Under the pieces are notes generated by a model. The model did not search any database and was not told the DNA's origin. It saw nothing but the letters and a program-made list of their open reading frames with translations. Below, piece by piece: positions 19,274 through 29,014 of a DNA stretch of 64,000 nt. How positions within the stretch are numbered: position 1 is the first letter of the stretch; each line of letters opens with the position of its first letter. A program made the position numbers and the translations under genes. Source of the DNA: Acidobacteriota bacterium (lineage in GTDB: Bacteria > Acidobacteriota > JAAYUB01); contig JAFGRT010000097.1 of NCBI GenBank assembly GCA_016935015.1, positions 548-64,547 on the forward strand. The letters are read 5' to 3'.

Positions 19274-19354
19274 GTGGATTGGCCTGTCCGTGATTGGGGA
19301 CCGGCGGAGGGCCGGTCATTCAATCCGTACTCTCGACAAAAGACGAAGCCGGCC

Positions 19355-20839
19355 TCAACCCAGATCGCGCAGCGCAGCGGTGAACGCCTGAAAATAGGCG
19401 GAATCGGGGAAAATGCTCTGGAAGACTGCCGGCGCCAGCCGGAGCGATTCCTCCACCGTCAGGCAGAACCGCATGCTCTGGAAATGACGGCGGAATTCGG
19501 TGACCTCGTTCCCCACATCGCGGCCGCGAATGACCGTGTCGGCGATAAAGCGCGCCACGTGGTCGAAGTCATCCTGCTTCATACCGAAGCGCGTCATCTC
19601 CGATACGCCCATGCGAATGCCGCTGGGATGATAGAACGTCTCGTCATCGGGCAGCGCCTGGTAATTCGTGACGATGTTATTCGCTTCCAAACGATTGGCG
19701 ATCTCTTTGCCGTCACCGAAAGAGGACACGCGCACAACCACCTGGTGGGTTCGGGTGAAACCGTCTTCCTCACCACCTTCCACGGGGATGCCGTGACGAT
19801 GACAGGCGGCGGCGAACGCCCGGGCGTTGTTCACCACCTGGCGTTGGTATTCGTCCTTGAAGTGATTCATCTCCATGGTCGCCACCAGCATGGCCAGCAG
19901 CGTGCCCAGATGATGGTTGCTGGTGGAGCCGGGGAAGGCTCGGGAATTGATCTCCAGCCAAAGCTTGCGGGCGGGGTGTCCCTTGGAAAGGTTGGAGGCG
20001 ATGATGCCGCGCTGCGGGCCGAAGAAGGTCTTGTGGGTGGAGCCGGTTACCACATCGGCGCCTTCGCGGAGAGGATCCTGGAACCTGGGGCCGAGGATGC
20101 CCATTACATGCGCGGCGTCGTACATAATGATGGGATTGTAGTCTTCGAACTTGTCCACAAATTCGCGCAGTTCGCTGACGGGTTCGGGATGGAGGAACAT
20201 GCTCTTGCCGAAGATGATGAGGGGCGGACGATGCTCGCCAATGAGCTCCAGCATGCGCGGAACGTCGGTCTTGTAAGGGTTGCGCTCCTGGAGCGGGAAG
20301 TTGATGACCTCGTCTTCAACGAAATTGAACAGGGCGCCGAAAGGTTGGGCGCTCAGGTGGCCGCCGTAGTTCAGGTTGTTGTTCATGGCGGTGGGGATTC
20401 GGCCGGTGGCCGTCAGTCCGGAAAAACCTTCCTTGTCCGCGCCCAGGAATTTCACCATGGCCTTGAATACCACTTCGTTGGCCATCTGGCCGCTGATGGT
20501 CCGCGGCTCCACCTCCTCGGCGGAGATATAGCGGCCGAACTGCTCCTTCAGGGTTTCCTCGACATCGAAGATGAAATCCGTGCCCTGGTAATAGTAGATC
20601 TGGTTCCCCTTCAGGGCGCCGGTACCTTCCAGCGCCTCCCGCTCTTTCTTGAGGGCTGTCTTGTGTTCGGCATACCGTCCCGACGGATCGCTGATTTCGC
20701 ACAGCTTCACCAGCAGCGACGGTGTGTTCTCGGACGGGATCAGGTTGATGCAACGACGCTGACGCCAGACGTTGTTTTCCATGACTTTGCCCGTCAGTTG
20801 CCGGAGATCCTCAAACAAAGTGCTCATACCTGCCTCCAT
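19355..20839 (-). CDS. Serine hydroxymethyltransferase family protein (long, divergent GlyA-like, 494 aa)
   Basis: INLIPSENTPS (SHMT ELIASEN-type motif). PLP-lysine region TGSTHKTFFGPQRGII matches TTTTHKTLRGPRGG of SHMT. Confidence 0.65.
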   Translation of the reverse strand: MEAGMSTLFEDLRQLTGKVMENNVWRQRRCINLIPSENTPSLLVKLCEISDPSGRYAEHKTALKKEREALEGTGALKGNQIYYYQGTDFIFDVEETLKEQFGRYISAEEVEPRTISGQMANEVVFKAMVKFLGADKEGFSGLTATGRIPTAMNNNLNYGGHLSAQPFGALFNFVEDEVINFPLQERNPYKTDVPRMLELIGEHRPPLIIFGKSMFLHPEPVSELREFVDKFEDYNPIIMYDAAHVMGILGPRFQDPLREGADVVTGSTHKTFFGPQRGIIASNLSKGHPARKLWLEINSRAFPGSTSNHHLGTLLAMLVATMEMNHFKDEYQRQVVNNARAFAAACHRHGIPVEGGEEDGFTRTHQVVVRVSSFGDGKEIANRLEANNIVTNYQALPDDETFYHPSGIRMGVSEMTRFGMKQDDFDHVARFIADTVIRGRDVGNEVTEFRRHFQSMRFCLTVEESLRLAPAVFQSIFPDSAYFQAFTAALRDLG

Positions 20840-21105
20840 GTATAAACGATTGAATGTATTGCCGTATCATAACACTGCTGGCGCGAGTTCGGTTCCCCTC
20901 GCCCCGGCGCCCCTGTTTGCCCGGTCGCCAGACCGCTGTGCTGGTCGGAACGCGATGACCTGGCCGGATGTAACGTCGCAGTATAGTCCAATCTATTGAT
21001 GAAGGCAAACAGAAGATGGCGTGACGGCGGCGACCGGCTCCTGATTATTGAGGTCCGGTTCTGAAATGGGTCGTATTTCCACCGGTGGGGTGAGGCGCTG
21101 GTGCG

Positions 21106-21687
21106 TCAGTCGGGAAAACCGGCCCGCACTTTTTCCCCCTTGAAGGGGATGCTGAGCTCGCGGAAATCGCGGCGGATGCTCTTGCTGAACAGGTTGACCT
21201 GGGCCAGGCGGTCCAGCATGACGTCGAAGATCTCCTGGCGGACAGGTTCCATTTTGTAGTTGAAGAAACCCATCCGGATGGACAGAGACTCCATCTGTTT
21301 CAGTTCCTCGTCCAGGCCGTTGGGCTCGATGGCAAAGGCGGAACGAGGCCGGATGGTGACATAGGAACGGTACAGGTAATCACCGGGCAGGCCGGTGGCG
21401 ATACGCAACAGCGTGGGCTGGACCTCCCGCCTGTCGGCCAGGCGGAACGACAGGCCGGTGGCGTCGATGATCAGCTCCCGGTCGGTATAGTTGATGACGT
21501 TGATGATGGGCGAGCCGCTGACGTTGAAAGAGAAGGAGAAGACCACGTCATCGCTGATGTAAAGCTGGCAATGGGCGTCCTGTTTTTCCTCGGGCTTGGC
21601 CTCGATGACTCCGATCTGGGCCGCGGCGTCGGCGAAGATCCCCGCCAGGGTCAGCCACAACAGAACAAGCAGCCGAAATGTTTCCAT
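21106..21687 (-). CDS. Secreted hypothetical protein
   Basis: Signal peptide METFRLLVLLWLTLAGIFADAAAQ. Start abuts the stop of the upstream decarboxylase gene. Confidence 0.5.
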   Translation of the reverse strand: METFRLLVLLWLTLAGIFADAAAQIGVIEAKPEEKQDAHCQLYISDDVVFSFSFNVSGSPIINVINYTDRELIIDATGLSFRLADRREVQPTLLRIATGLPGDYLYRSYVTIRPRSAFAIEPNGLDEELKQMESLSIRMGFFNYKMEPVRQEIFDVMLDRLAQVNLFSKSIRRDFRELSIPFKGEKVRAGFPD

Positions 21688-21688
21688 A

Positions 21689-23173
21689 CTACGCCTCCTC
21701 CTTGACTAGATGAAGGAGATAGGCGCAAAGTTCTTCGAAATCCTCTTCCCGGGTCCGGTAATTCTGGAAATTGACCCGCAGGGCCAGGCGGTCGCCCGGC
21801 ATGCGGGTGATGGAAATCCAGAAGCGGCCCTCCCGTTCCAGTCGCTGGTGTAGGCGGCGGTTCAGCTCGTTGAAACGGGCGGCGGTCGGTGGGGAGTCCC
21901 CCCGGCATCGCGGGCGGGCGCGGAAACAGAGGATGCCCAGATCGGGCGGGTGAAGGAGCTCGAATGCGCCGGTGCCGGCCAGAAAAGCGTGCAACCGTAA
22001 GGCAAATCCTAGATGACGCTCCAGGATCCGCCGGTAATGATGCCGGCCGAAAAAACGGAAGGCCATCCAGATTTTTAAGGCCTTGAAACTGCGCGATCCC
22101 TGGAGGCCCATCTCGAAGGGATTGATTTTAGAGGGATCGTCTCGGCCCTGCTCCAGGTAATAGGCCGGCTGGACCTGAAAGGTCATCTGCAAAGCGGACG
22201 GGTCTCGAACCAGAAGAGCCGCCGCCTCGTAGGGAATGAAAAACCATTTGTGAGGATCCAGGGTGATGGAGTCGGCCCGGCCGATGCCGCGGAAGAGAGG
22301 CTGCTTGGCCGGCACCAGCAGGGCCGCCCCGCCGTAGGCGGCGTCCACGTGGAACCAGCAGTCGTGATGGCGGGCCAAATCGGCCAGGTCGTCCAGCGGA
22401 TCCACTGCGCCTGTGTTGGTGGTCCCGGCGATGCCGATGATCGCGGCCGGCCGGAATCCGGCTGCCCGGTCGGCGTGGATCATCTCGTCGAGGATTGTCG
22501 GCTGGATCCGGAACCGGTGGTCTGACGGCACGAGGCGCAGGTTGTCCAGCCCCAGGCCCAGAAATTCCATGGCTTTTTCGAAGGAGTAGTGGGACTGGTC
22601 CGAGACGTACACGCGCAGCGGCGGCGCATCGTAGAGGCCTGTCCGGCGGAGTGCCGGCCCCAGCGCCTGCCGCCGTGCCATCTGCAGGGCCGTGATATTG
22701 GCGATGGAGCCGCCGCTGACCAGAGTGCCGGCGGGTTGAGAACCCTCAAGGCCTACCAATTCCCACAGCCAGCGGATGACGGTCTTCTCTGTCTCGACAG
22801 CCGCCGGGCTCTGGTGCCAGAGGGAGCAGTTCTGGTTGAGGGCGGCGGCCAGGCTTTCGGCGAATACGGCGATCAGGGTCGGCGTCGGATTCATCATGCC
22901 CAGGTAACGTGGCGAGGCGATGCGGGTGATTCCCGGCAGCAACAGGCGGGTGAAATCATCGAGGATGTCGGTCAGCGAATGTCCTTCCTCGGGCAGGGGC
23001 ATACCTTGCAACTCCAGGAAATCCGCCGGTTCCTTGAGGGGCAGGACCGGATCATCACCGGATGACTGCCAGTAGTTCAGGATGACGTCGATGAAGTTGT
23101 CGGCCATGCGCCGGATCCGGAGCGGATCATCCGAAAGAGAGTCACTGAATTTCAACTCGTTTTCTTTGGTCAT
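21689..23173 (-). CDS. PLP-dependent group II amino-acid decarboxylase (glutamate/tyrosine/aromatic-L-amino-acid decarboxylase family)
   Basis: SITLDPHKWFFIPYEAAALLVRD (PLP lysine in HK). Start re-set to MTKENELKF: ATG 23173 preceded by GAGGG. The 53 upstream codons of the track ORF are Arg/Leu-rich read-through. Confidence 0.75.
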   Translation of the reverse strand: MTKENELKFSDSLSDDPLRIRRMADNFIDVILNYWQSSGDDPVLPLKEPADFLELQGMPLPEEGHSLTDILDDFTRLLLPGITRIASPRYLGMMNPTPTLIAVFAESLAAALNQNCSLWHQSPAAVETEKTVIRWLWELVGLEGSQPAGTLVSGGSIANITALQMARRQALGPALRRTGLYDAPPLRVYVSDQSHYSFEKAMEFLGLGLDNLRLVPSDHRFRIQPTILDEMIHADRAAGFRPAAIIGIAGTTNTGAVDPLDDLADLARHHDCWFHVDAAYGGAALLVPAKQPLFRGIGRADSITLDPHKWFFIPYEAAALLVRDPSALQMTFQVQPAYYLEQGRDDPSKINPFEMGLQGSRSFKALKIWMAFRFFGRHHYRRILERHLGFALRLHAFLAGTGAFELLHPPDLGILCFRARPRCRGDSPPTAARFNELNRRLHQRLEREGRFWISITRMPGDRLALRVNFQNYRTREEDFEELCAYLLHLVKEEA

Positions 23174-23486
23174 GGCCCTCAGGTTTCGTCCACTCCGCCG
23201 CGCCAGATTATGCTGCGGCGCCGGGTGTCGGAACGGGCGTCTTCCATGGAGATCCAGGTTTCCCGCCGTCAATCCCCGGACTGCCAACAATAACCAAAAC
23301 CGGCGCAAAAGTCGAGGTATTTTATACCACAACCTCCTTGAATTACACTGGGATTGGAGTTGAAAAACTATAGTGCAAAATAGAGATAATAGTGCTTTAT
23401 TTTTTTAGTATATCGGGTACAATTGGTGGTTCTTCAGATGGATGATCCCGGCGGATCAAGCCAAGAAATTCTTTCGGAGTCAACGC

Positions 23487-25304
23487 ATGAATTTAGCGGA
23501 AAGATCATTTATCACCAAGCTTTGCCAATCCTGCGGCAAGGATCCCCATCGTCTCATGGACATCATCATCGGGGTCCAGGGAGCATATGCCCGGGTGTCC
23601 GGCGACGCCATGAACCTCATCGCCGCTGAACTGGGCCTGCCGCGGGTGGATGTGGAGAGCGCCGTTTCCTTTTACCAGTTCCTGTCCAAGGAACAAAAAG
23701 GGCATGTCCGTATCCGTCTCTGTGACGACATCATCGACCGGATGTACGGATTCGACCGAATACTCAAAGCCTTTTCCGAGGAACTGGGGATCGGCCTCAA
23801 CCAGACCACCCCCGACGGCAAGTTCACCTTCGAGACCACGGCCTGCATCGGCATGTGCGACCAGGCGCCGGCCGCCCTTATGAACAACGTGGTGGTCACC
23901 AACCTCAACAGCGATTCAGTGCATGACCTTGTGGAATCGCTGCGCAAAAACCTCAATCCCGAACAGTTGGTCAAAAAAACGGGTAATGGCAACAATTCCC
24001 ACCCGCTGGTCCGGGCCATGGTCCAGAACAACATACGTCGCCGGGGGCCCGTCATTTTCCAGGATTTCACGCCGGGGGAGGCCCTGCGCAAGGGCTTGGC
24101 CATGTCGCCCATGGAAGTGATCCGCAGCGTCAAGACGGCCCGTCTGCGCGGCCGTGGCGGCGCCGGTTTCCCCACCGGGATGAAGTGGGAATTCACCCGG
24201 GCGGCCGCCGGGGACAGGAAGTTCATCATGTGCAACGCCGACGAGGGTGAGCCCGGCACCTTCAAGGATCGGGTGATCCTGACGGAAAAGCCGAATCTCA
24301 TCTTCGAAGGCATGACCTTGGCCGGGTATGCCATCGGCGCTGGCGAAGGCATCCTCTACCTGCGCGGCGAGTACACCTACTTGCTCGATTTTCTCAATGA
24401 AACCCTGAAGGAGCGCCGGGCCAGCGGTTTGCTCGGTAAGAGCATCCTGGGCAAGGACGGATTCGATTTCGACATCCGCATCCAGCTGGGCGCCGGCGCC
24501 TATATCTGCGGCGAGGAGACGGCCCTGATCTCCTCCTGCGAGGGGTTGCGCGGCGACCCGAAGAACCGTCCGCCCTTTCCGGCGCAGAAAGGCTATCTCG
24601 GATACCCGACGGTGGTCAACAACGTCGAGACCTTCTGCTGCGTCTCCCGCATCATCGAGCACGGTGCGGGCTGGTTCGCCGAACACGGCACCAAGGGGAG
24701 TTCCGGAACCAAGCTGCTGAGTGTCTCCGGTGACTGCCGGATGCCCGGTGTTTACGAGGTGCCGTTCGGGATATCCATCCACGAGCTGCTGGAAATGGTC
24801 GGCGCCGACGATACCTACGCCGTTCAGATCGGCGGCCCCAGCGGTCAGCTGATCGGTCGGGCCGATTTCCAACGCACGATCTGCTTCGACGACTTGGCCA
24901 CCGGTGGCGCCGTCATGATCTTCGACGAAGACCGGGATGTCCTGGAAATCGTTCAGGCTTTTATGGATTTCTTTGTTCATGAAAGCTGCGGCTACTGCAC
25001 CCCCTGCCGGGTGGGCAACGTCCTGCTGAAAAAGAAACTGGAAGAGATCCGGGCCGGCAAAGGTGAGCCCTCCGATCTGGAATACCTGAAGAGCCTCGGT
25101 GAAACCATCAAGGCCACCAGCCGCTGCGGCCTGGGACAAACCTCACCCAATCCCATCCTGACCTCCATGGCCCATTTCCCCGACGCATATCTAAAGCTCC
25201 TGCACGAGGACAAGCAGGGCTACCAGCCGACCTTCGATCTGGACGAAGCAGTGGCCACCGCGGCCCGAATCGCCGGACACGGTCGGGTTCATCACGAAGA
25301 CTAA
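23487..25304 (+). CDS. hoxF: NAD-reducing [NiFe] hydrogenase diaphorase subunit HoxF with fused N-terminal HoxE/NuoE-like domain (NuoF-like 51-kDa FMN/NAD/4Fe-4S)
   Basis: NuoE-like TTACIGMCDQAPAALMNNV. NuoF-like GRGGAGFPTGMKWEF (FMN), GAGAYICGEETALISSCEG, C-terminal ESCGYCTPCRVG cluster. Alternative start ATG 23442. Confidence 0.8.
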   Translation: MNLAERSFITKLCQSCGKDPHRLMDIIIGVQGAYARVSGDAMNLIAAELGLPRVDVESAVSFYQFLSKEQKGHVRIRLCDDIIDRMYGFDRILKAFSEELGIGLNQTTPDGKFTFETTACIGMCDQAPAALMNNVVVTNLNSDSVHDLVESLRKNLNPEQLVKKTGNGNNSHPLVRAMVQNNIRRRGPVIFQDFTPGEALRKGLAMSPMEVIRSVKTARLRGRGGAGFPTGMKWEFTRAAAGDRKFIMCNADEGEPGTFKDRVILTEKPNLIFEGMTLAGYAIGAGEGILYLRGEYTYLLDFLNETLKERRASGLLGKSILGKDGFDFDIRIQLGAGAYICGEETALISSCEGLRGDPKNRPPFPAQKGYLGYPTVVNNVETFCCVSRIIEHGAGWFAEHGTKGSSGTKLLSVSGDCRMPGVYEVPFGISIHELLEMVGADDTYAVQIGGPSGQLIGRADFQRTICFDDLATGGAVMIFDEDRDVLEIVQAFMDFFVHESCGYCTPCRVGNVLLKKKLEEIRAGKGEPSDLEYLKSLGETIKATSRCGLGQTSPNPILTSMAHFPDAYLKLLHEDKQGYQPTFDLDEAVATAARIAGHGRVHHED

Positions 25305-25318
25305 TCAAGGGAAGAGCA

Positions 25319-26038
25319 ATGAGCAATACGATTACATTTTCAATCGATGGCAAAGAGATCGAATGCAAGGCCGGCCGAACTATTCTCGATGCAGCCGAGG
25401 AAAACGGTATCTACATTCCCCGCCTCTGTCACCGCAAGGGCGTCAGTCCCCACGGCAGCTGCCGGGTGTGCACCGTCATCGCCAACGGCAAGCCCATGGC
25501 GGCCTGTACCACGCCGGTGACGCCGGGCATGGTGGTGGAGAACGACGCGGAGGAAGTGACCGCCATGCGCAAGGCGATCATCGAGATGCTGTTTGTCGAA
25601 GGGAACCACTTCTGCATGTTTTGCGAGAAGAGCGGTAACTGCGAACTGCAGGCGCTGGCCTACCGCTTCGGCATCGCCGCGCCGCGGTATCCGTATCTGT
25701 TTCCCCACCGGGAAATCGACTTCGGCCATCCCGATGTGTTCATCGACCACAACCGCTGCATCCTGTGCGCCCGGTGCATCCGCACCTCCCGCGAAATCGA
25801 CGGCAAGGAAGTGCTGGGCTTCGTGGAGCGCGGCCCCCGGAAGAAAGTGGCGGCCAACGCCGAGCACGGTCTCCGGGAAACGGAAATCGCCGTCGGCGAC
25901 GAAGCCATGGCGGCCTGCCCCGTGGGGGCGTTGATGCCGAAACATGTCGGCTATCAGGTGCCCATCGGCAAACGGGAATTCGATCACGAGCCCATCGGGT
26001 CGGATATTGAAAAAGAAGCCAAAGCAAGTACGAAATAA
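25319..26038 (+). CDS. hoxU: Hydrogenase diaphorase subunit HoxU (NuoG N-terminal-like 2Fe-2S + 4Fe-4S ferredoxin)
   Basis: TFSIDGKEIECKAGRTILDAAEENGIYIPRLCH..GSCRVCTV (2Fe-2S) and HFCMFCEKSGNCELQ, CILCARCIR motifs. Confidence 0.8.
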   Translation: MSNTITFSIDGKEIECKAGRTILDAAEENGIYIPRLCHRKGVSPHGSCRVCTVIANGKPMAACTTPVTPGMVVENDAEEVTAMRKAIIEMLFVEGNHFCMFCEKSGNCELQALAYRFGIAAPRYPYLFPHREIDFGHPDVFIDHNRCILCARCIRTSREIDGKEVLGFVERGPRKKVAANAEHGLRETEIAVGDEAMAACPVGALMPKHVGYQVPIGKREFDHEPIGSDIEKEAKASTK

Positions 26039-26050
26039 GTGGGGAGCGTT

Positions 26051-26596
26051 ATGTCAAAACCGAAAATAGCTACTGCCTCCCTGGCCGGGTGTTTCGGCTG
26101 TCACATGTCTCTTTTGGACATTGATGAACGGATCCTGGACCTGGTGGAGCTCGTGGACTTCGACAAGTCACCCATCAATGATCTGAAAAAATTCACCGGC
26201 AAGGTGCAGATCGGGCTCATCGAAGGCGGCTGCAGCACCGATGAGAACGTCCAGGTGTTGCGCGACTTCCGCCGGCACTGCGAAATCCTGATCTCGGTGG
26301 GCGATTGCGCCACTCAGGGCGGCATCCCGGCCATGCGCAACACCGTTCCTTTGCTTGAATGCCTCGAGGAGGCCTATTGCAACGGACCGACGGTTTACAA
26401 TCCCAGCGGGGCCATTCCCAACGACCCGGAAGTGCCGCTGCTGCTGGACAAGGTCTACCCCTGCCACGAAGTCGTCAAGATCGATTACTTCCTGCCGGGT
26501 TGCCCGCCGTCGGCCGACACCCTTTTCCAGGCCATCGTCGCCCTGTTGAAGAATGAGCCGGTGGACCTGCCCTATGAACTCATCAAATATGACTAA
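26051..26596 (+). CDS. hoxY: [NiFe] hydrogenase small subunit HoxY (NuoB-like)
   Basis: KIATASLAGCFGCHMS..GGCSTDE..GDCATQGGIP..LPGCPP proximal cluster Cys motifs. Confidence 0.8.
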   Translation: MSKPKIATASLAGCFGCHMSLLDIDERILDLVELVDFDKSPINDLKKFTGKVQIGLIEGGCSTDENVQVLRDFRRHCEILISVGDCATQGGIPAMRNTVPLLECLEEAYCNGPTVYNPSGAIPNDPEVPLLLDKVYPCHEVVKIDYFLPGCPPSADTLFQAIVALLKNEPVDLPYELIKYD

Positions 26597-26610
26597 TATC
26601 GAGGAATACC

Positions 26611-28053
26611 ATGGCACAGTCAATTGAAAAACTGAATAGAATCGCCATCGAGCCCGTCACCCGCGTGGAAGGGCACGGAAAGGTCACCCTCCTGCTGGAC
26701 GACCGGAACCACGTCCGGCAGGCCCGGTTCCATATCGTGGAGTTTCGCGGCTTCGAACGCTTTATCCAGGGACGTCCTTACTGGGAGGTCCCGGTCATCG
26801 TCCAGCGGCTCTGCGGCATCTGTCCCGTCAGCCATCACCTGGCGGCGGCCAAGGCCATGGACGGCATCGTGGGTGTGGATCAGCTGACCCCCACCGCCGA
26901 AAAGATGCGACGGCTCATGCATTACGGCCAGATTCTCCAGTCCCATGCTCTCCACTTCTTCCACCTTTGCTCGCCCGATATCCTGTTCGGTTTCGATGCC
27001 GATCCGCAGATCCGCAATGTCATCGGCGTGGCCGCCAAGCATAAGGACCTGGCGGTGCAGGGCGTCATGCTGCGCAAATACGGCCAGGAAGTCATCAAGC
27101 GGACGGCCGGTAAGAAGATCCACGGCACGGGCGCCATTCCCGGCGGCATCAACAAGAACCTGTCCATCACGGAGCGAGACGAACTCCTTAAGGATCTGGC
27201 GCAGATGAAAGAGTGGGGCCTCGGCGCCCTGAAGCTGGCCAAGGACTACACCGTGGAGCACCTCGACTGGCTGGCCGATTTCGGCTCCTTCCCGTCCAAT
27301 CATCTGTCCATCGTGCGCGAAGACGGAGCCATGGATCTCTATCATGGCCGGTTGCGGGCCATCGATGCCGAGGGGAACAAGATTTTCGACCAGGTCGCCG
27401 TACCCCGCTACATCGATTACATCGCCGAGGAAGTTCGTCCCTGGTCATACATGAAGTTCCCCTTCATCAAGTCGTTGGGTGCGGAGAAGGGCTGGTACCG
27501 GGTCGGGCCGCTGGCACGGGTCAACACTGCCGATTTCATCGACACGCCCCTGGCCGAAGAAGCTCGCCGCGAGTTTATGGCCGTCACCGACGGCAAGCCC
27601 AACAACATCACCATGGCGTATCACTGGGCACGGATGATCGAACTGGTGCACTGCATTGAAAAGATTGACGAACTCCTGCACGACGGCGATCTCCAGGGCG
27701 AAGACCTGGTGCTCAAGGGCGAGCGGCGGCCCGAGGCCGTGGCCATCGTCGAGGCGCCGCGCGGTACCCTGTTCCATCATTACAAGGTCGATGAGAACGA
27801 TCAGGTGGTGATGGCCAATCTGATCGTGTCCACCACCAGCAACAATGAGCCCATGAATCAGGCCGTGCGCAAGGTGGCCGACCAGTATCTGGACGGACAC
27901 CAGATCACCGAGGGTTTGCTCAATCATATCGAGGTGGCCATCCGGGCCTACGATCCGTGCCTGTCCTGCGCCACCCACGCCCTGGGACGGATGCCCCTGC
28001 TGGTGCAGCTCTTTGACAGCCGGGGCAACCTGCTGGACCGGAAGACGCGGTGA
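26611..28053 (+). CDS. hoxH: [NiFe] hydrogenase large subunit HoxH (group 3d), cysteine-type, not Sec
   Basis: N-terminal PVTRVEGHGKV..RLCGICPVSHHLA (RxCGxC). C-terminal DPCLSCATHALG (DPCxxCxxH) Ni-binding motif with Cys codons. Confidence 0.85.
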   Translation: MAQSIEKLNRIAIEPVTRVEGHGKVTLLLDDRNHVRQARFHIVEFRGFERFIQGRPYWEVPVIVQRLCGICPVSHHLAAAKAMDGIVGVDQLTPTAEKMRRLMHYGQILQSHALHFFHLCSPDILFGFDADPQIRNVIGVAAKHKDLAVQGVMLRKYGQEVIKRTAGKKIHGTGAIPGGINKNLSITERDELLKDLAQMKEWGLGALKLAKDYTVEHLDWLADFGSFPSNHLSIVREDGAMDLYHGRLRAIDAEGNKIFDQVAVPRYIDYIAEEVRPWSYMKFPFIKSLGAEKGWYRVGPLARVNTADFIDTPLAEEARREFMAVTDGKPNNITMAYHWARMIELVHCIEKIDELLHDGDLQGEDLVLKGERRPEAVAIVEAPRGTLFHHYKVDENDQVVMANLIVSTTSNNEPMNQAVRKVADQYLDGHQITEGLLNHIEVAIRAYDPCLSCATHALGRMPLLVQLFDSRGNLLDRKTR

Positions 28054-28538
28054 GTGAGTCGGCTCCGGTCAGGGTACTGGTTCTCGGCTACGGCAATCCG
28101 GGCCGCTGCGATGACGGGCTGGGCCCCGCCCTGGTGGAAAGTCTGGCCGCCGAGGCGCTGCCCGGTGTTACCATCGACGCCGATTATCAGCTGGCAGTGG
28201 AGGACGCCGCCGTGATCGCCGAGCACGACGTGGTGATCTTCGTGGACGCCGCCGTCAAGGGAACCGAGCCGTTCTATTTCCGGCCGGTGATCCCTTCGCC
28301 GGTAGTGAGCTTCAGTACCCACAGCCTCAGCCCGGAGTCGCTGCTGGGATTGGCGCGGGATGTCTTTCAGAAGGAACGGCCCGGCTATGTCCTCGGCATC
28401 CGTGGGTACGAGTTCAATGAGTTCGGCGAGCGGCTTTCGCCGCGGGCCGCCGCAAACCTGGAACGGGCGCGCGACTTTATCGGCCGGGTGCTGCGGCAAG
28501 GGAACTGGGCGGCCGCGGTGACCGGCAGTGATGAATGA
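28050..28538 (+). CDS. hoxW: Hydrogenase maturation endopeptidase HoxW/HycI family
   Basis: VLVLGYGNPGRCDDGLGPALVESL..VIFVDA motif of hydrogenase C-terminal proteases. 4-nt overlap with hoxH. Confidence 0.75.
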   Translation: MSESAPVRVLVLGYGNPGRCDDGLGPALVESLAAEALPGVTIDADYQLAVEDAAVIAEHDVVIFVDAAVKGTEPFYFRPVIPSPVVSFSTHSLSPESLLGLARDVFQKERPGYVLGIRGYEFNEFGERLSPRAAANLERARDFIGRVLRQGNWAAAVTGSDE

Positions 28539-28570
28539 AACAAGGAAAACCGAAGGATAGAGGGTCAACA

Positions 28571-28948
28571 ATGAAAGACGGAAAGTATGTGATTATGTAT
28601 GTGGATGACGATCGGGACATGCTGGATACCATGCGCATGCTGCTGGAATCCAGCGGATACATCATGGTGGAGGCCCTCAGCGCCGAAGAGGGTCTGAAAG
28701 TCTACAAACGCGAAGATCCCGATCTGATCGTGGTGGACCTGATGATGGAGGAAGTGGACGCCGGCACGTCCCTGGTCAAGGAGCTGCTGGCCATCGGCAA
28801 CAAGAAGCCGGTGTACATGTTGAGTTCGGTGGGCGACACCATGTCCATCACCACCGATTACAGTAACCTCGGCCTGGCCGGGGTGTTCCAGAAACCATTG
28901 AACTTCAAGTTTTTCCTTAATATCCTCAAGAAAAAACTGGGCAATTGA
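28571..28948 (+). CDS. Single-domain CheY-like response-regulator receiver
   Basis: YVDDDRDML, LIVVDLMM (phospho-Asp), YMLSSV, FQKPL: all canonical REC residues present, no output domain. Alternative start 28535. Confidence 0.7.
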   Translation: MKDGKYVIMYVDDDRDMLDTMRMLLESSGYIMVEALSAEEGLKVYKREDPDLIVVDLMMEEVDAGTSLVKELLAIGNKKPVYMLSSVGDTMSITTDYSNLGLAGVFQKPLNFKFFLNILKKKLGN

Positions 28949-28979
28949 TGATTTTGCCAACGGTGCCGGCGCCCGCCCC

Positions 28980-29014
28980 GGCGCTGGCCGGTCCCTGCCA
29001 GCGCCTTTTCTTCC
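28980..29014 (+). terminator. Rho-independent terminator ending the hox-REC operon
   Basis: ggcgctggc-cggtccct-gccagcgcc perfect 9-bp stem followed by ttttcttcc. Confidence 0.6.

Noticed and set aside
18093-20845. 408-aa minus ORF and 523-aa plus ORF
   Set aside because: Antisense to metK and to the SHMT-like gene respectively.
23916-25139. 407-aa minus-strand ORF
   Set aside because: Antisense to hoxF.
26611-28053. Selenocysteine-type (NiFeSe) hydrogenase
   Set aside because: The C-terminal Ni-ligand motif is DPCLSCATH, encoded with Cys codons and no in-frame TGA. Cys-type enzyme.
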